Assembly: GCF_009834535.1 (NCBI RefSeq)
Contig: NC_045697.1
Span: forward strand, 76,076,001-76,140,000
DNA from: Camelus ferus
Taxonomy: Eukaryota
Reading direction: 5' to 3'
Length of the DNA: 64,000 nucleotides
The position numbers were made by a program, and so were the translations under genes. Each line of letters opens with the position of its first letter. Position 1 is the stretch's first letter. Under the pieces are notes generated by a model. That model worked only from the letters and a program-made list of their open reading frames with translations, was not told the DNA's origin and did no database searches. This document shows, piece by piece, positions 36,801 to 50,453 of this stretch.

Positions 36801-39800
36801 TACATATATGATTGTTAAGTAGATAAAAGTGTAAAAATAAATCAATATCTGCTGCACGGTAACCAACTGTGACTTGTACCTAATACAGATAAATGGCTCA
36901 ACGTGAATGCAGTATATCCTCCTCACTTTAAACCTAAACCCTTGTACAGAAACAGCCCTCTCAGAAAGAAAGGCAGAATCAAGTCAGGATCTAACTCCAC
37001 ATGGTAAAGTGTATTCTGTCCCTAAGACATACTCCAGAGACTCATAAAGTACAGTTAGGCAAAATCAAAAAGAACTGTCAGAAACTGCCCCAGTGGACTG
37101 GAAATAACACTAGAAGAGGCAGGAGCCCAGGAATGGAAGCTGGGTGCTGCCATGAGTCCACGAGCTGTGAACTGGAGTCTACTCTGCAATTGTGAGAGGT
37201 TAGTTACTGAAGTGAAAAATATGCCATATGTTTAATTAGTGATACTGATGGAAACCGTTCTCTTTGTTTAATGTCATATGTGACCAAAGACGAAGAACTA
37301 CATCCAGCCAGTAAGTTCACTAACCGAGAATTTTTTATTGGAAAATCAGAGCAAGAACACATGGGACAGAACCTTTCTGATGAAGGCAAAAAAGGAGGCA
37401 GGTGGGAGGGGTCCACCGGGCCACCGAAGCCACTGGGGAGGAGAGCCGCTCGGGTTTGGGTGGCACAACGGGGGACCTGGGGAGACTGTGTTAAAGGGTC
37501 AAGGAAGCAACTACTGAGCTGCCATCCCTTGACGTGTCCTAAAACTAACCTGCACATGAAGAAATTGAATTGTTGTGGGCGTGGAGGGGGAAATGGGGAC
37601 CAAAGTCAGGGGCACCCACCCTGCCTGTACAGTCAGGCTCACCTAAAACATCCTGTTTTTGCCACAGATCACAAGCACCTTAACCCAAGTCTGCACCTAG
37701 TGCTGTCAAAATATCAAAACAGAAGACATCTACAAATCTGCTCTTCGAAGAATTCAACAAGATTTCCCTGGCACTCTTTAAAATGGGAGGAAGGGCAGAT
37801 GCAAACAGCAATCGCCACGGGGGGAGGTCGGGGCCATGAATACAAGGTGGGTGCGTGTGTGCACAGGGAGGACGAAGCAGTACACCCTCATTCTGCCATT
37901 TGGCCAGCCGTTGTCACTACGGCTTAGAATAATCATTTTGAATAAAAGAAGGCGGATTCCAGTTGAAAGTTGGTCTGTTCTACTCTCAGTTGTAACAGGT
38001 TTAGCTCTGGACACTAAGCATATTTAAAAACCACTATGTGAAGACAGAGTAAAAAGAAAGGCAACAAGTAAGTTTAAAGCAGTCTGGATTTCTTTCTCTT
38101 TTTGTTTTAAAAGGCAAGCATGCTGGGAAACGTCAGGAAGCTTCAAATGCTCAACACTTTTTAACCTATTAGAAGTTTTCAAAAATCCATTTTTTCATTG
38201 TAGAAATTCAGCATATTCAAGCCAGTAGTTGTAAGTATTCAAACTTGTCCAGAGTATTAAGCATTCAAGCAAAACACGAACCATAAAAAACTGTCTTTCA
38301 AAGGTTTTCTTTCTCCTTATTGTTAGCCCACTTGATAGGCAAACTAACCTTAAAAATATTTTTAGTTAAGCAAAGGAACGTGAAAGGCCAAGCAAGGAGG
38401 AGGACCAAGCCTGCCTAAATGACAGAGGTAAAAAAAAGCAATTTGTATGCAGAGCCAAAGAGTGGTATCACCATCATCATTGTTGTTGTTGTCCATACAG
38501 CAGGATAATAAGAAGTATAAACTGGGTCATTCCAGAAAATGGTTTTTGCAGGAAGGTTTTCATCACCCCTACCACCCCAAGGGTCCTCTGTTAAAGACAA
38601 AAGGTCAAAATGAGGAAAACAGTAAAGGCACAGATGTGAAAAGGCACACAATTTGGGGAAACAGCCCAAAGTAATAGGAAAACAAGTGTTCTCTAGGAAA
38701 CTTGGAGACAATTTTGTTGCCTATGAGCAGACAAACTCCATTAGCTAAAGATTCGGGATTTAACGCTTAAGGAGAGACTCTGAATAGGACTGAGCAGTGG
38801 CTAAAGGGCAAGGAAAACACCTTGTGCCCTGGAGAAGGGTTTACAAGGGGCAGTTAGGACCTCTGTCAGAGGCACACATCATATGTGATATATCATTTGT
38901 CCTTATCAAAGAAACTGCTTTTTCTGTGAACTGGCCTCTCAGCAGTCCTGTGCATCGTGAGGGCAGGGGCTTCCCGTCTAGGAAGAAAGGGATGGGAGAG
39001 ACTTGTTCCCTCTGGCCTGTCATGGACAACCTAAGTCCAAGAGGCTGAATTTAGAGCAATTTATTTTATTATCCATTTTAGATTATAGGCCGTCAACGAA
39101 AGGTCCCCTTCCGTTTATATATACACATATATACACACACTGGTGTAACTGATATATTCCTCCGTTGAAGACAGAAAATCTCTACTGGCCATGCAAATAC
39201 CCAACTTTACACTCTGGAAATGAGCTGTCCAAATAGATCAGACCAACAGGCACAGCTTAATGTATGTGTTACCCTGAGGGTAGGAACAGGAGTAAGTAGA
39301 AACAGTAAAAAGATCTAATGAAGAGAAATTAGATACAATTTGGCTTAATACTGGGAAGCTACCTCCTCTCTCAGTGGCCAGGTCATTCCTTGGCTTTGTA
39401 ACCTTAAGAAAATTCTATTTAAATATTATTTTAAAGTGGCTTACTTTGAGGAGACAATGGTCTTTCTAGAAACAATTTTGCTAATAACCCCAAAATTGGT
39501 AATGCTGAGCTCTCCGTGGAAAATAAATTAGTAACTGATGCCCACAGTAAGAAAATTGCTATCAAAACGACAGGGCACAGCTGAGGTACTTATCATTTGG
39601 AAGAGTTTTAAGAGAGAAAGGAAAAGGGTTTAGTGGCTGCTGTTGAAATACACAAGACTCCAACCTCTCTCTGCTGATGGAATATACTAGAAAGAAACAA
39701 TATGGAACAGAAAATGCTGAAAGATTGCACTGCAACTTTTCAAGAAATCAGAGCAGTGCGAGACCTTGAAATTCATTTAATTCTGTCCTTGCATTTTTCC

Positions 39801-41010
39801 AGTGAGGAAACAGGCCCAGAGAGGTTACGAAGTCTGCCCGCAGCATACACAGAGATGGCTGAGGTACACCTGTGGTTTGAAGACCTCAGGCCAGGGGGTA
39901 CCCTCTCCATTACCCTGCTTTCCCTCTCTCTATTGAGAAGCAGTTATGGAAGAGCTCTTTCCGTAGGGAGAATTGAAGTCACTGACTACGACAGAAGGAA
40001 AAGAAATGGTGGCTGCAATTCTAAGTGAAGCTATAGACTCACTGACGTGCGCTCACACCCAGGTAGGATTTTGATCTTCAGGTAAAACAGATAGTATACC
40101 CTGATAACTAAAGTGGTTTTGTGGAATCAGGACTGGGATCCAAACAGCGGAGAGAGCAGGAGGATGTGGGCTGGACTCAGCTGACAGGATAGAGAGGCAA
40201 CAGGTAAGAGAAAAGGGTCCAAAGAGCCCTTTGTGCCCACTGATAACTGCATTTGCCCACAGTGCCCCAGTTCACCTCACCACGGCTGCACGGACAAAAT
40301 CTACCTTGGAAACAGCAGCGCTGGGAGAGCCTTAGCTCAGGGCCACCCGGGACAGTGTGACTGAAGCTCAGCACCGGGTCTGAGTCCTGGTTTCCTGCTC
40401 ACTGTCTGTGTGAGCCTGGCTGTGTTAACCTCCCTGTGCCTCAGTTTCCCATGAAGTATCAGGGATCTCCTTCATGAAGTTAACAGATCCAGAGTGCTGA
40501 GAACGGCCCTGGGTGTGTGGTGCTCACAAAGAGAGGAACTGGCTCCGAGCACCGCTCCAAGCCCACAGCCCCTGAGGGTGGCAACACAAGTCTTCGAGGT
40601 GCTGCTGCACAGAGTCACACTCACACATCCTCTTTTCTCTGAAAGGTTAACCTTTTCGTCTGAAAGACAATTCGGTTTCTTTCTTTTAAAAAATCAGCTT
40701 TTGTTTCTCTTTATTAGAATCCTCAACTCATGTAAAACATTCAGAAAATCCAAATAAAAGTGAAGCAAAACTACCTGATGTTGGCAACCAGAAAAAACAT
40801 TTTAATACAGAGATAAAGTTCCTTCCCATCTTTTTTCTCTCTTATGCTTTCACACACATACAGTTATTTAAAAAGCAAAACTGAGATGTTGTTTTGTAAT
40901 CTAGTTTTTTACTCAATACATTGTGAATATATTCCCTTAGCTGATAATGTATTATGATACCATTTTTAATGGTGGCAGTATTTGTATCATAATTTACCAT
41001 TTGTTATCAT

Positions 41011-41165
41011 TTTTTCAAAATTTTTTTCCTTTTTTACATATATTTATTTTAATTTTATTTATTATTTTTTTAAATTTTCCCTTTAATGGAGGTACTGGTG
41101 ATTGAACCCAGGACCTTGTGCAGGCCAAGCACGCACACTACCACTGAGCTATGCCCCCCACCCCC
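41011..41165 (-). mobile_element. Vic-1-like SINE with a degenerate 16-bp target-site duplication
   Basis: ttaatggaggtactggtgattgaacccaggacc...ctaccactgagctat. Flanks taccatttgttatcat (40995-41010) and taccacttgctaacat (41166-41181) match at 13/16. Confidence 0.88.
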
Positions 41166-41470
41166 TACCACTTGCTAACATCTTTGATAAGACTTGCCCT
41201 CTACCTTCCTATTCTCACCTTTTATATATCCCAAAAGAAGACAAAAGTCGAAGAGTTAAAACTTCTGATGGTGACCCCCAGACAAGAATTCTCCCTTAGG
41301 TTGCGTCCCAGCTCAGAGGAGCCCTGGTGCTAGAAAAGCCTCTCCCTGTAGTGGCCAGAGCTTCTGTGGTACAGGCTAGGGAAGGGCAGCTGCTGCAGCC
41401 AGCTGAGCATCACAAAGCCAGCAATGCCCGACCTTTTGCAGGGCTGTGATCTAGCAACCTCCTGCCGGGA

Positions 41471-41503
41471 GCTAACTGGCTGCTAACTGGCTGCTAACTG
41501 GCT
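41471..41503. repeat. Perfect tandem repeat (GCTAACTGGCT)x3
   Basis: Read directly from the sequence. Confidence 0.95.
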
Positions 41504-41729
41504 GGGGCTGCTGCAGGGGACAGAAGAGACATGAGGGAGGAGAGCAGAGGAGAGTGGAAGACCCTCCAGTGGGCAGTGCGCCAACCTCCTGAACCAGACT
41601 CAGAATGTCCAGCTGGAAAAGTTACTTAGAGCTCGCCTACCAACCCCACATTATAGAGATAAGAGAACCAAGGCTCTAGAAGATAACAGGACTTAATCAG
41701 TACTTGTGAAATACAACTTAATATTAGCA

Positions 41730-41975
41730 AGAACAGCCACAATTACTACTACTACCATTTGGAGCATTTACTCTGCACCAAGTACTGGGTTAAACAAATG
41801 TTTAATCCCCACGACAACCCTGTGAGATTGTTATAATTATCCCCATTTTAGGAGGTGGTAGCGATGAGTCTTGGAAAGATGAAATGAGTTCCCTAAGATC
41901 CAACAACTGGTACATGGCAAAAGTAGAGTCAAGTCCAGGTCTGGCACCAGAGTACAGGCTCCTTCCAAGCACACT
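41730..41975 (-). mobile_element. MIR SINE
   Basis: accatttggagcatttactct ... tttaatccccacgacaaccctgtgag ... attatccccatttta ... aagtccaggtctg. Confidence 0.75.
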
Positions 41976-44900
41976 GTAAGGGTGATTAATTATTATCTCC
42001 ACTGCACTGGTTTTAAAAAGATGACCGTCTAAGTACTCACTGTTAATTTAGGAGCTGGCAAAGAATTCATGCTTTCATCTCTCTAGTTATCTTTTTACAA
42101 ATCCACATTTCGGCATTTGCTAAACAATGACATAAAAATACTCAACAGATCAATCTAATGGCAGTCAACCTCCACACATTTCACATAATGGTTCTGATAA
42201 CAGCTTGAGGGTAAAGTTTAGGCTAAATGTGAACTACCAACTGCAGTGCTATGGCTGAACTAGGAAGGAGGGTGGCAGACTTGATAAAACACGATGCTGC
42301 CAGTGAATGACAAATACAAAGACATTTCTTCTAAACTTCTAGGCCGCTTCAGGTTTTGAAAGGCCTCAGGCCAGGGCCTCTCCCAAGGACATAATTACCA
42401 TGCTTCTCTTAGATGATTATCAGGTAGAGGACAAAGATTTCAAATAGTTTGTTTACTTATTTTTTTTAAAGGCAGAGTCTCTTCTCAGAATGACTCATGT
42501 AAGCAAGTTAAACAAACAGCTGTGGCAGGAGATGGCCACTGCTGCCTGGTTTAGTGGGTAAATGTGCTGATCTGTGAGTTAATTAGATCAATCTTGACTC
42601 ATTTTCTTTAATGAGACAGTACAACCAACATCCACCCAACCTGTTTTCTGGGTTTTGTTTTACACACATTTGTTGTTAGGATCAGATCTGTTCTTAAGCT
42701 TCTTTTTGGTTAAAGGAAAAACTTTGCAACTTTTTTTTTTTTCCAAACGTGTGTGTGCATGCGCAGGCTATGCACCCTCGTGAGGGAGCTGTTCTTCACT
42801 GCATGTGGTTTGTGATCACTTTCAAGTAACTTACACCAAAGAAAGCAACATGAAAATAAAATTTAAAAAGGAAGATTTTATTCAATACCTTTGCCTTCTC
42901 ATTAGATCAGCTATGTAGATCTTAAATGCAAACTGTGCAGCAGAAAAGTGGGCTTCCTAGTCTTAACGGCTTTTTTACTTTCTAGAATATTGTATGGATA
43001 CACAGTAAGATGATTTTTCTCTTTCCTACTCCCACCTCTCTTAATTGTGCTTGTGGAATTCTGAGGTCTAAAGGCCAAGAGGAAAGGTTGTGATCACAGC
43101 CCTGTCTGTAGAGGTGAAGACCAACTCCCACATTCAGAATGAAAACTCAAACACCAGGTTACCGAAAATCACATACTGAGGAAAAAATCAAGTCTTTGGG
43201 TTCTAAATCATTTGTTGTTGTTTTCTGTTAAGATGGGGAAATTTTCTTTTTTACTTTCATTTAGAAAAGATCATTTCTATTCTTGAAGTGAAAAAGAAAA
43301 AGTGAATGAAGGGCCACAAATGGCAATCCTTCTTTCTTATGGGTTATTTGTATTCCATTACATATACATATATGCTGCATCTTCTTTATCTATTCAACTA
43401 TTGATATGCATTTCTGGATTTCCACACTCTTTTATCTGCAAGCAATCTGTCCAAAATCCAACTTGGACCTAGGACTAAAACTTAGATTTTCTAACATTCC
43501 TTTCTATGTATTACCAGATTTGTTCCATGTATTTTAATGTAGCATTATTGGTACACCAAGCTGTGGGAAACATTATTTTTGACTTGTTAAATCTGAAATC
43601 AATTATCTGCTGAGAGGCTAATCATATGGAATTTAGCTCCTTCCAATTTAGAATTCTAAATACCAACATATTTTCCCATTGTAGACTAGCAATTATTTTT
43701 CTCTAGACTAATGCACTGAGCTTAGGAGTATTCATTATATTTACCAGTTCAATATAATTCAGTCATTATCATAACAATATTACAGTGGAAGAATTCCAGC
43801 TCTCTTTTAAATATATCCTGCCACACATTATCATTTTTAAATTTCCCACTATTACAGTTGAAATGTTTAGTGTTTTAGAATTTACTTGAGAAACTACTGA
43901 AAATCTGTGAAAATTCAGCAGATATGTACATATTATTGATAGTTTATATGGTATTAAGATTTTGCAACTTTGAGGTCTTTCAGAAAAATCATTTGTTTTC
44001 TGCATGACACCGCCTTAGAATCTTTTTTTTCTTTAAAGCATATGAATTTGGAAAATAGCTCAGTAGTCAAATTTTGTAAACAACTGACCTACAACAGATG
44101 GTTTAAATGCAGTAGTGTAAATGTGCTAGTTTTCTTTATCTATTCCCTTTATTGAAGTATTTAAGACTATTTGCCCTTACATTTAATTATTGTATTATAA
44201 GAATTTTTTTGTTGCATTCTTTTGGGTATTATGGCAGGGAGTGTTTCTTTACAGAAATCACTGAAAAACTACAGGTATGACATGAACTAAATGAAAATTA
44301 CCTATGGCTAGCTATTCAGTAGTGAATGTGCAGTTTTACCACTAAAGAGAGGCTAAGGCTTGCCTGAAACTTCCATTTAATGTAATCCATAAAGGCTGAT
44401 TAAATCTATCATAGTTCACCTATAAGGTAATCCTAAATGTATTATACTGTATTATTTAGAACTCTAAGTTAAAAAAGTTACTAATCATAAAAGTGCGAAC
44501 ACTGATCATATTTTTTACCCCCCCAAACCAACAAAACTACCCATAACCTCCAATTCTTAAGATTTAAGTTCTTAGATGAACATGAGACAACTTTATTGGA
44601 ATGGGGTAATTTTTTGTTGTTTGTTTCAGGAAATGGTCCTATTCCAGAGTCCAGTGCTCTTAATTATGTTCTGGAATTCTCTCATTTTCTACCAAGAACT
44701 TAAAGCTCCAATTATAAGTTTCTTCAATTGTAAGAAGTTTCATACACAAATGTATTAAAAAAAGTTCTAGATTTTTGACAATAATGAAAAACAGGTATGA
44801 TAGATACTTTTAGTAAGTGTTTAAAAGTTTTTTAAGTTACTTATGTCAACCTTCCCAATCAAAATTTTTCATCTAATTAAGTCCTAAACTGATTAGTTTG

Positions 44901-46004
44901 AATTTGACCTTCCTGTGCCTTTTGATATGTACAAAAAGGTGTGATACGGATGAAAGAAAGGTGGGTAAAAGGATCAGAGTTAGGTTAAGTCATAATTAGA
45001 ATAATTAATCAAGACTGTAATAGTTTCTCAACATACTCAACTCATTTTTTATCCTTCTTAAAAAACGAGGTGAAAACTGCCATTCACTTACTGATTTATC
45101 ATTCACTGACTTGTGTTTATGTGCTCAGTTTTAGGGACTAATCATACAAGGGTGGTCTCTGTCCTGAGGAATATGTGCACAGTCTAATGAGAGGGATGAG
45201 ATGTAAATTAATAACTTTCCGTACAATGTGGAAAATGTTATAAGTGAGGCATGAATTAAAAAAAAATTCTACAGGTGTATTAAGGCCAACTAGGGCTTAA
45301 GAAGATCTTAGGAGACGTGACATGTAAGCAGGGTCAGTGGCCAAGCAGGAGTTTTCCACGTGGGGGAGCATTTTGGCAGAAAGAAGAGCACGCTGAAACC
45401 TGGGAGAGGCTCGTGACTGCACTTGTAACTTCCCACCTGACAAAGCAATTCTTTGAATTATCCTTCGGAAGGGCTCCTTATGTTACCTCAAAGTCCTCCA
45501 CATTAGGGGGACTGATAAGGAATGAAAGACATCTAAAAATTGCTACTTCATCTATAAAGTTGTGTTCCTAAGGAAATGCTGAGCACATGAAGACTCTATA
45601 TAAATCACTGAAGCTGAATCTCATATGAACATCCAGAGAGAGAGGCTGAAGAGAGCTGGAGGGAATGGAGGTAGAAAGAAGCAAGCCAAAGGTTCACTGT
45701 GGGTAAGAAGTTATTTACAATTACCCTTGTGTTGTAAATTTCATGTTTTCTCTTTTTCTCCATGGATTTGAAAACCACCCATCAAACTACCTCAGGGACT
45801 ACAGGCAGCGTCTGGAACTGATCTTACAGCACATCCCACTCAACTGAACGTGTACTGTAGCTGCTTCCCACTTACTGAAGCAGAAAATGTATTGCAGCAC
45901 TCTTGCCACTGTCAGGAATCAGAGATTTTAGAAAAGTAAATACATAGTGGGGAAAAAGGAGGTCACAGAGAACTTATGGATGTATGGAGAACAACTTGTA
46001 CCAA

Positions 46005-46113
46005 CAGGGATTTACTGTGTAGCACAGGGAATTACCCAATATCTTATAATCACCTATAATGGAATATAATCTGCAAAAAAAAAAAACACAAAACAAAAAA
46101 AAAAACCAACTGA
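46005..46113 (+). mobile_element. Short internal L1 3'UTR fragment
   Basis: cagggatttactgtgtagcacagggaatt...tataatctgcaaaa, the same family as 46835-47092. Confidence 0.85.
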
Positions 46114-46834
46114 AGGCTGAACTGTGGGAAATAGGGATTTAAAGTTTTAAGTGTCTGGGGCCAAGCAACGAGAATGAGGTCAAGGATCAGTTGTCTGTCC
46201 TTGTGTCCTTTTTTCTGGGGCTTTTGACCATGGCCCTGAATCTTCTCTGTAGGGTCCAGTGCTGGACATTTCAATCCCATAAGCCCTACTTCTTTCTCTC
46301 TCCAGCCACTGGAGGTTTGCTAATGCAACATATGTAGAGTAAGTTTTCACAGTATGTGATGGCTGGGGAAAAACAGCAAGTGAATTATGTACAGTTCTCA
46401 GGAAGAGACAGTACTCTCAAAAAGAAATGTACATGCAAGTCCTAGTACAGAAGTGACAGTGGTCATCCACTGTGGAGTTCCCATGAGAGGACCTTTTACT
46501 AATGGAGGGAATCCAGCAGTCAGGACCTTCACAAGGACCTTCAGTCTTACCCTCCAAAGACAAGTTAGGGGTTCAAGAAAAAAAAAACATGAATAAAACT
46601 AGAACAAGAGCTCCTAAATGTCAATGTTTATAATATAAGCAAAATTGTTTAGTTACCATTAAAAAAAGTTGTATCCATAAAAGCTTGACAAGAAATCAGT
46701 CACTGGTAGAAAAGCAAGGCAGGATTAAAATCTCAAGAAAAAAAAAAAAACAGAACTTTTTTTAAAGGATAAATTGTTGACTGAAAGTAAAGAGTCAGAA
46801 CTTTTTTTTTCTGCCCTTTAGAAAGACATTACTT

Positions 46835-47092
46835 ATTTTTTAAGTTGAAATACAGCTGATTTACAATACTGTGTTAGTTTCAGATGTACAGCATAATGAC
46901 TCAGTTTTTTTTTTTTGCAGATTATATCCCATTATAGGTGAATATAAGATATTGGGTATAATTCCCTGTGCTACACAGTAAATCCCTGGCGGTTATCTAT
47001 TTTACGTACAGTTGTTTGTATCTGTTAATCCCATACTTCTAATTCATCGCTCCCTCCTGCCTCTCCCTTATGGTAACCATAAATTTGTTTTT
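46835..47092 (-). mobile_element. 5'-truncated L1 3'UTR (cetartiodactyl type) with a degenerate TSD
   Basis: tttttaagttgaaatacagctgatttacaatactgtgttagtttcag ... ggtaaccataaatttgtttt. Flanked by ...acttatttt on both sides; the right copy is followed by aa (L1 endonuclease TTTT/AA site). Confidence 0.9.
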
Positions 47093-49714
47093 AAGAGCCT
47101 AACTTATTTTAAAGTTGTATTTAAAATGTTCTTTTCTAAACTGTGAAATACATTCATTTTAACTAGACAATAAATATACAGTTAAGATACAGCACCCATT
47201 CTTTTTGAAAGGATATATATTATCTAAACAGATGAGATTTTTTTTAAATGTCAAAAATACATATGTACACGGGCAAAAGACTGAAAAATAGAAAAGATCA
47301 TAAATAATGAAAAAAGTTATTTATTATAGGGTGGTAGGCTGTGTATGAACTAGCTCATTTTATTTCCTTTGTTGTTGCTTTAATAATATAAAAATAAGAG
47401 GAAAAGAACCCGTAAAAATGCCTATTATAAATGGTTGTTTGTAGCAATCAAATAAACATTATCACAGATAAAATAAATGAGCACTTCCCACACTATTAAA
47501 TCATAGGCACCATTTTTACTTTACTTTAGAAAATAAAGCCAGGTGAAACCCAAAAGTGTCCACTGGACACTATCCTTCACCCCTCCCTCTGCTCCACTCC
47601 TAAAGCTGAATCAGGACATCTCTTCTGTTTCTGTTCATTTTCCCATTCCTGACATTACCAAACCTGCTGCTTCCAAGGAAAGAAGAAAAAGAAATACAGA
47701 AAACCAAGTTTCCCTGAACACCGTGCAGTCTTCACAGTCTTTCTGATTACATGGAACTCTGGTCAGTTCCAACCAGCTCACTAGAAAGAGACAGAAAAAC
47801 ACAAACCCTTTCCATTCCCAAGAACCAGTGGTGAATTAGAATGCTCTCTTTGCCTCTAGTGTTATAAGAGCACTAGAATTCCAGAGAAAATTATAACTTT
47901 AGGAGGAAAAATATCTCTGAATCATAGCTTCTTGAAGATTCAGAGTCACTTTTTTTTAAGAGGGGTAAGAAAAAAATTAGAAGCTCAAACCATGTAGAGA
48001 TTACATGAATTTTGAATGCTTTGTTCTCAAAAACATGGTCATTCATGAATAATGGAGAGACAGAAGGAGACAGAACAATCCAAGTAAAACAACACTTTTC
48101 TGGATTCTGAGAAAATTCCAGATATAGAACAAAAATACTGCTCTGGGTATTCCACTTAACAGACAAACAACAAAGCTATCTTCTCATTCTTTGTAAGTCT
48201 ATCCAACAACAAACTGTTCCCAGTTAATTCAGGTCATATCTTGGCACTTGAACTGTTTAATAAAGCTAGAAATGTATTAAATTTACCTTATGTTAGGACA
48301 AGCTAGCTGCAAATCTTAGGCACAAACACATGGTATCAATATTGGACACTCACTTGGGTGTAACCCTAGGAATCACATGGTGTATTCTTTGAACAATTTT
48401 CTCAGCCTGTCTGAAGTACCAATAATAAATGGTACCAATTTAGGAAAGAAACATTGTCCCCGTAAACCATCTTACAGGTGGCATCGCTATTTACAGAGTG
48501 AAGAGTCACTGAGGTAGTCAATAGTGATCCCGTTTTCATTTCTTTTTTTCCATAACCTCATCAGTCCCGATGATCACTTACAGAAAAACAGTACTTCGTT
48601 CATCTCCTTTTGAGTTTAGGAATGAGTTAAAATAGTCCTTAAAATCTCTCCCTTCATAACAAGGACTTTTAGAGTAGCAGCTGGAATTGAGGTTAAAAAA
48701 AAGGAGGCAGGACAGCCTGAAACACAGGTGACCAGAACCAATTACTAGGACTGCTTATAAGATTCTCTTTAAAAATGAAGCCATTAAGAGCTTGACAGAT
48801 AACTATCTATCTGGATAATGTTGAGATCCTTAAAGGCATAAGGATGCTCTCTTATGTTGACAGTCCTATGATGCTGTGTTATCAGCCTATGATTATATTG
48901 TTAACTGTTTACTGTTCATCAAAAGGCTTTCCAGTTAATTAGCTATGAAGTGAAAATAACATGTTCCCTTTCCCGCCTCCCCAGTTGCTTCCTGGAGCTT
49001 AGGTTCGTCCTTAACCAATGAAGAAAGAAAATAAATAAGGAACACATTTTTTTGTTTGTATGTTTTGGGGTTTTTTGTTTGTTTGTTTTAAACAACATCA
49101 AACTATTATACTGTGGTGATGGGTGCTATATAGAAATAGTTTTTCCTAACTTAACCCACTCCAAAGTACCTAGGCAAAATCACACCTACAAAATCATGCA
49201 AGAGGCCATCACAAAAACATACTTCCATCTATCATTAGAGAAAATTTTAGTCAAAAGAAAGACATCTGGAAACACCATGAACTCTTAGGCAACAGTATTA
49301 AAGTCAGTTTCCACAAACTGCCTAAGCAGCCTGAGGGAAGGTTCTGGAAGACCCATCTGTGCGCCTTTGCTTTGGGTAGATGCCGACACAAGCCTGTAAG
49401 CACATGCTGCTTGTCACCAGTGTGGCTTCTGTGAGGCATGGACTCTTGGGAGAGAGTAAAATAAAAATGTAGTTTCTGACAGGCTAAAAATTAGACAAAA
49501 TCCTGCCATTGGGTAGCTTATCATATAGTATAAAGTACATCTTATAATAAAAAGCTTAAAATATAAAAAAGTCCCCAGTAAAAAATTTAGTAGTGTGTTG
49601 TCTAGGGTATGACGACAAAACAATGGGACTTTTTTTTTTTAAACAAACCACACAGGAAATCAAAATTATTTCTTTCTAGTTCAGCAAGTGCACTGACACA
49701 ATGTTAGCATTTAG

Positions 49715-49905
49715 GTCAACCTGGAGGGAGATTTCAAATGCAAATTTGAAATTTTTATTGATGACTTGGATGAGGATTTAATTAGGCAACAGAGGTGAGA
49801 GATTCAGGAATCCAAAACATTACAGGACTAGATGATACGCCTATTCGACCAAGATGAAATTTAACAAGGATGAAAAAATAGGTACAGCACTTGGGTCCAA
49901 AAAGC
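49715..49905 (+). mobile_element. L3/CR1 LINE ORF2 relic
   Basis: tttattgatgacttggatgagg (FIDDLDE), aagatgaaatttaacaaggat (KMKFNKD) and cacttgggtccaaaa (HLG) are CR1 RT motifs. Confidence 0.7.
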
Positions 49906-50272
49906 ATTGATATCACATTCAAAGTATGTGAAAAATGTAACCCAGTAGTCTGGCTGATATATTGTCTTAGCCCTCCCTTGTGAGTGCTATGTCAATCACT
50001 GGCATTCTAGAGACAACTGAGTTCTCCAGTGGGGAGGTAACTGTTCCTTCTCCTGAGCCAGGAATACTATCCCATTCTGTACCCCCAAAGTCTTACCCAT
50101 CTTAAGGCACACTCTTCCCAATAAGCCTTTTCTCATTATCCCAATCAGAATTCCTTTACTCCTCCCCTACTCTTCTTCCGAATTTTGAGTTTCATTTATA
50201 GCCTTTTCAAAATACTACCTGGATTGCAGGCCCCATGGGGTCCCTGCAGGTGTTTTCTTCATGGAAAGTACT

Positions 50273-50453
50273 CAGTAATCTTAGTGAATTAGCATGCGTC
50301 AGAATCACCTGGAGGGCTTAATAAAACAGGTTTCAGGACCTCACCTCACAGGTTCTGGGTAGATCTGGGATAGAAATAGAAATTTGCATTTCTAAGAAAT
50401 TTCCAGGTGATGCTGATGCTGCTGATGCCCAGACCAAGCTTTGAGAACCCCTG
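50273..50453. mobile_element. MER5A hAT-Charlie MITE
   Basis: gcgtcagaatcacctggagggctt ... aatttgcatttctaa ... ccaggtgatgctgatgctgct ... ctttgagaacccctg. Confidence 0.9.

Noticed and set aside
37271..37927. Longest ORF in the track (218 aa, + strand)
   Set aside because: No recognisable domain or homology, no evident exon structure, and antisense within an intron. An ORF of this length could arise by chance in 64 kb. A BLASTP search or Ka/Ks test would be needed to rescue it.
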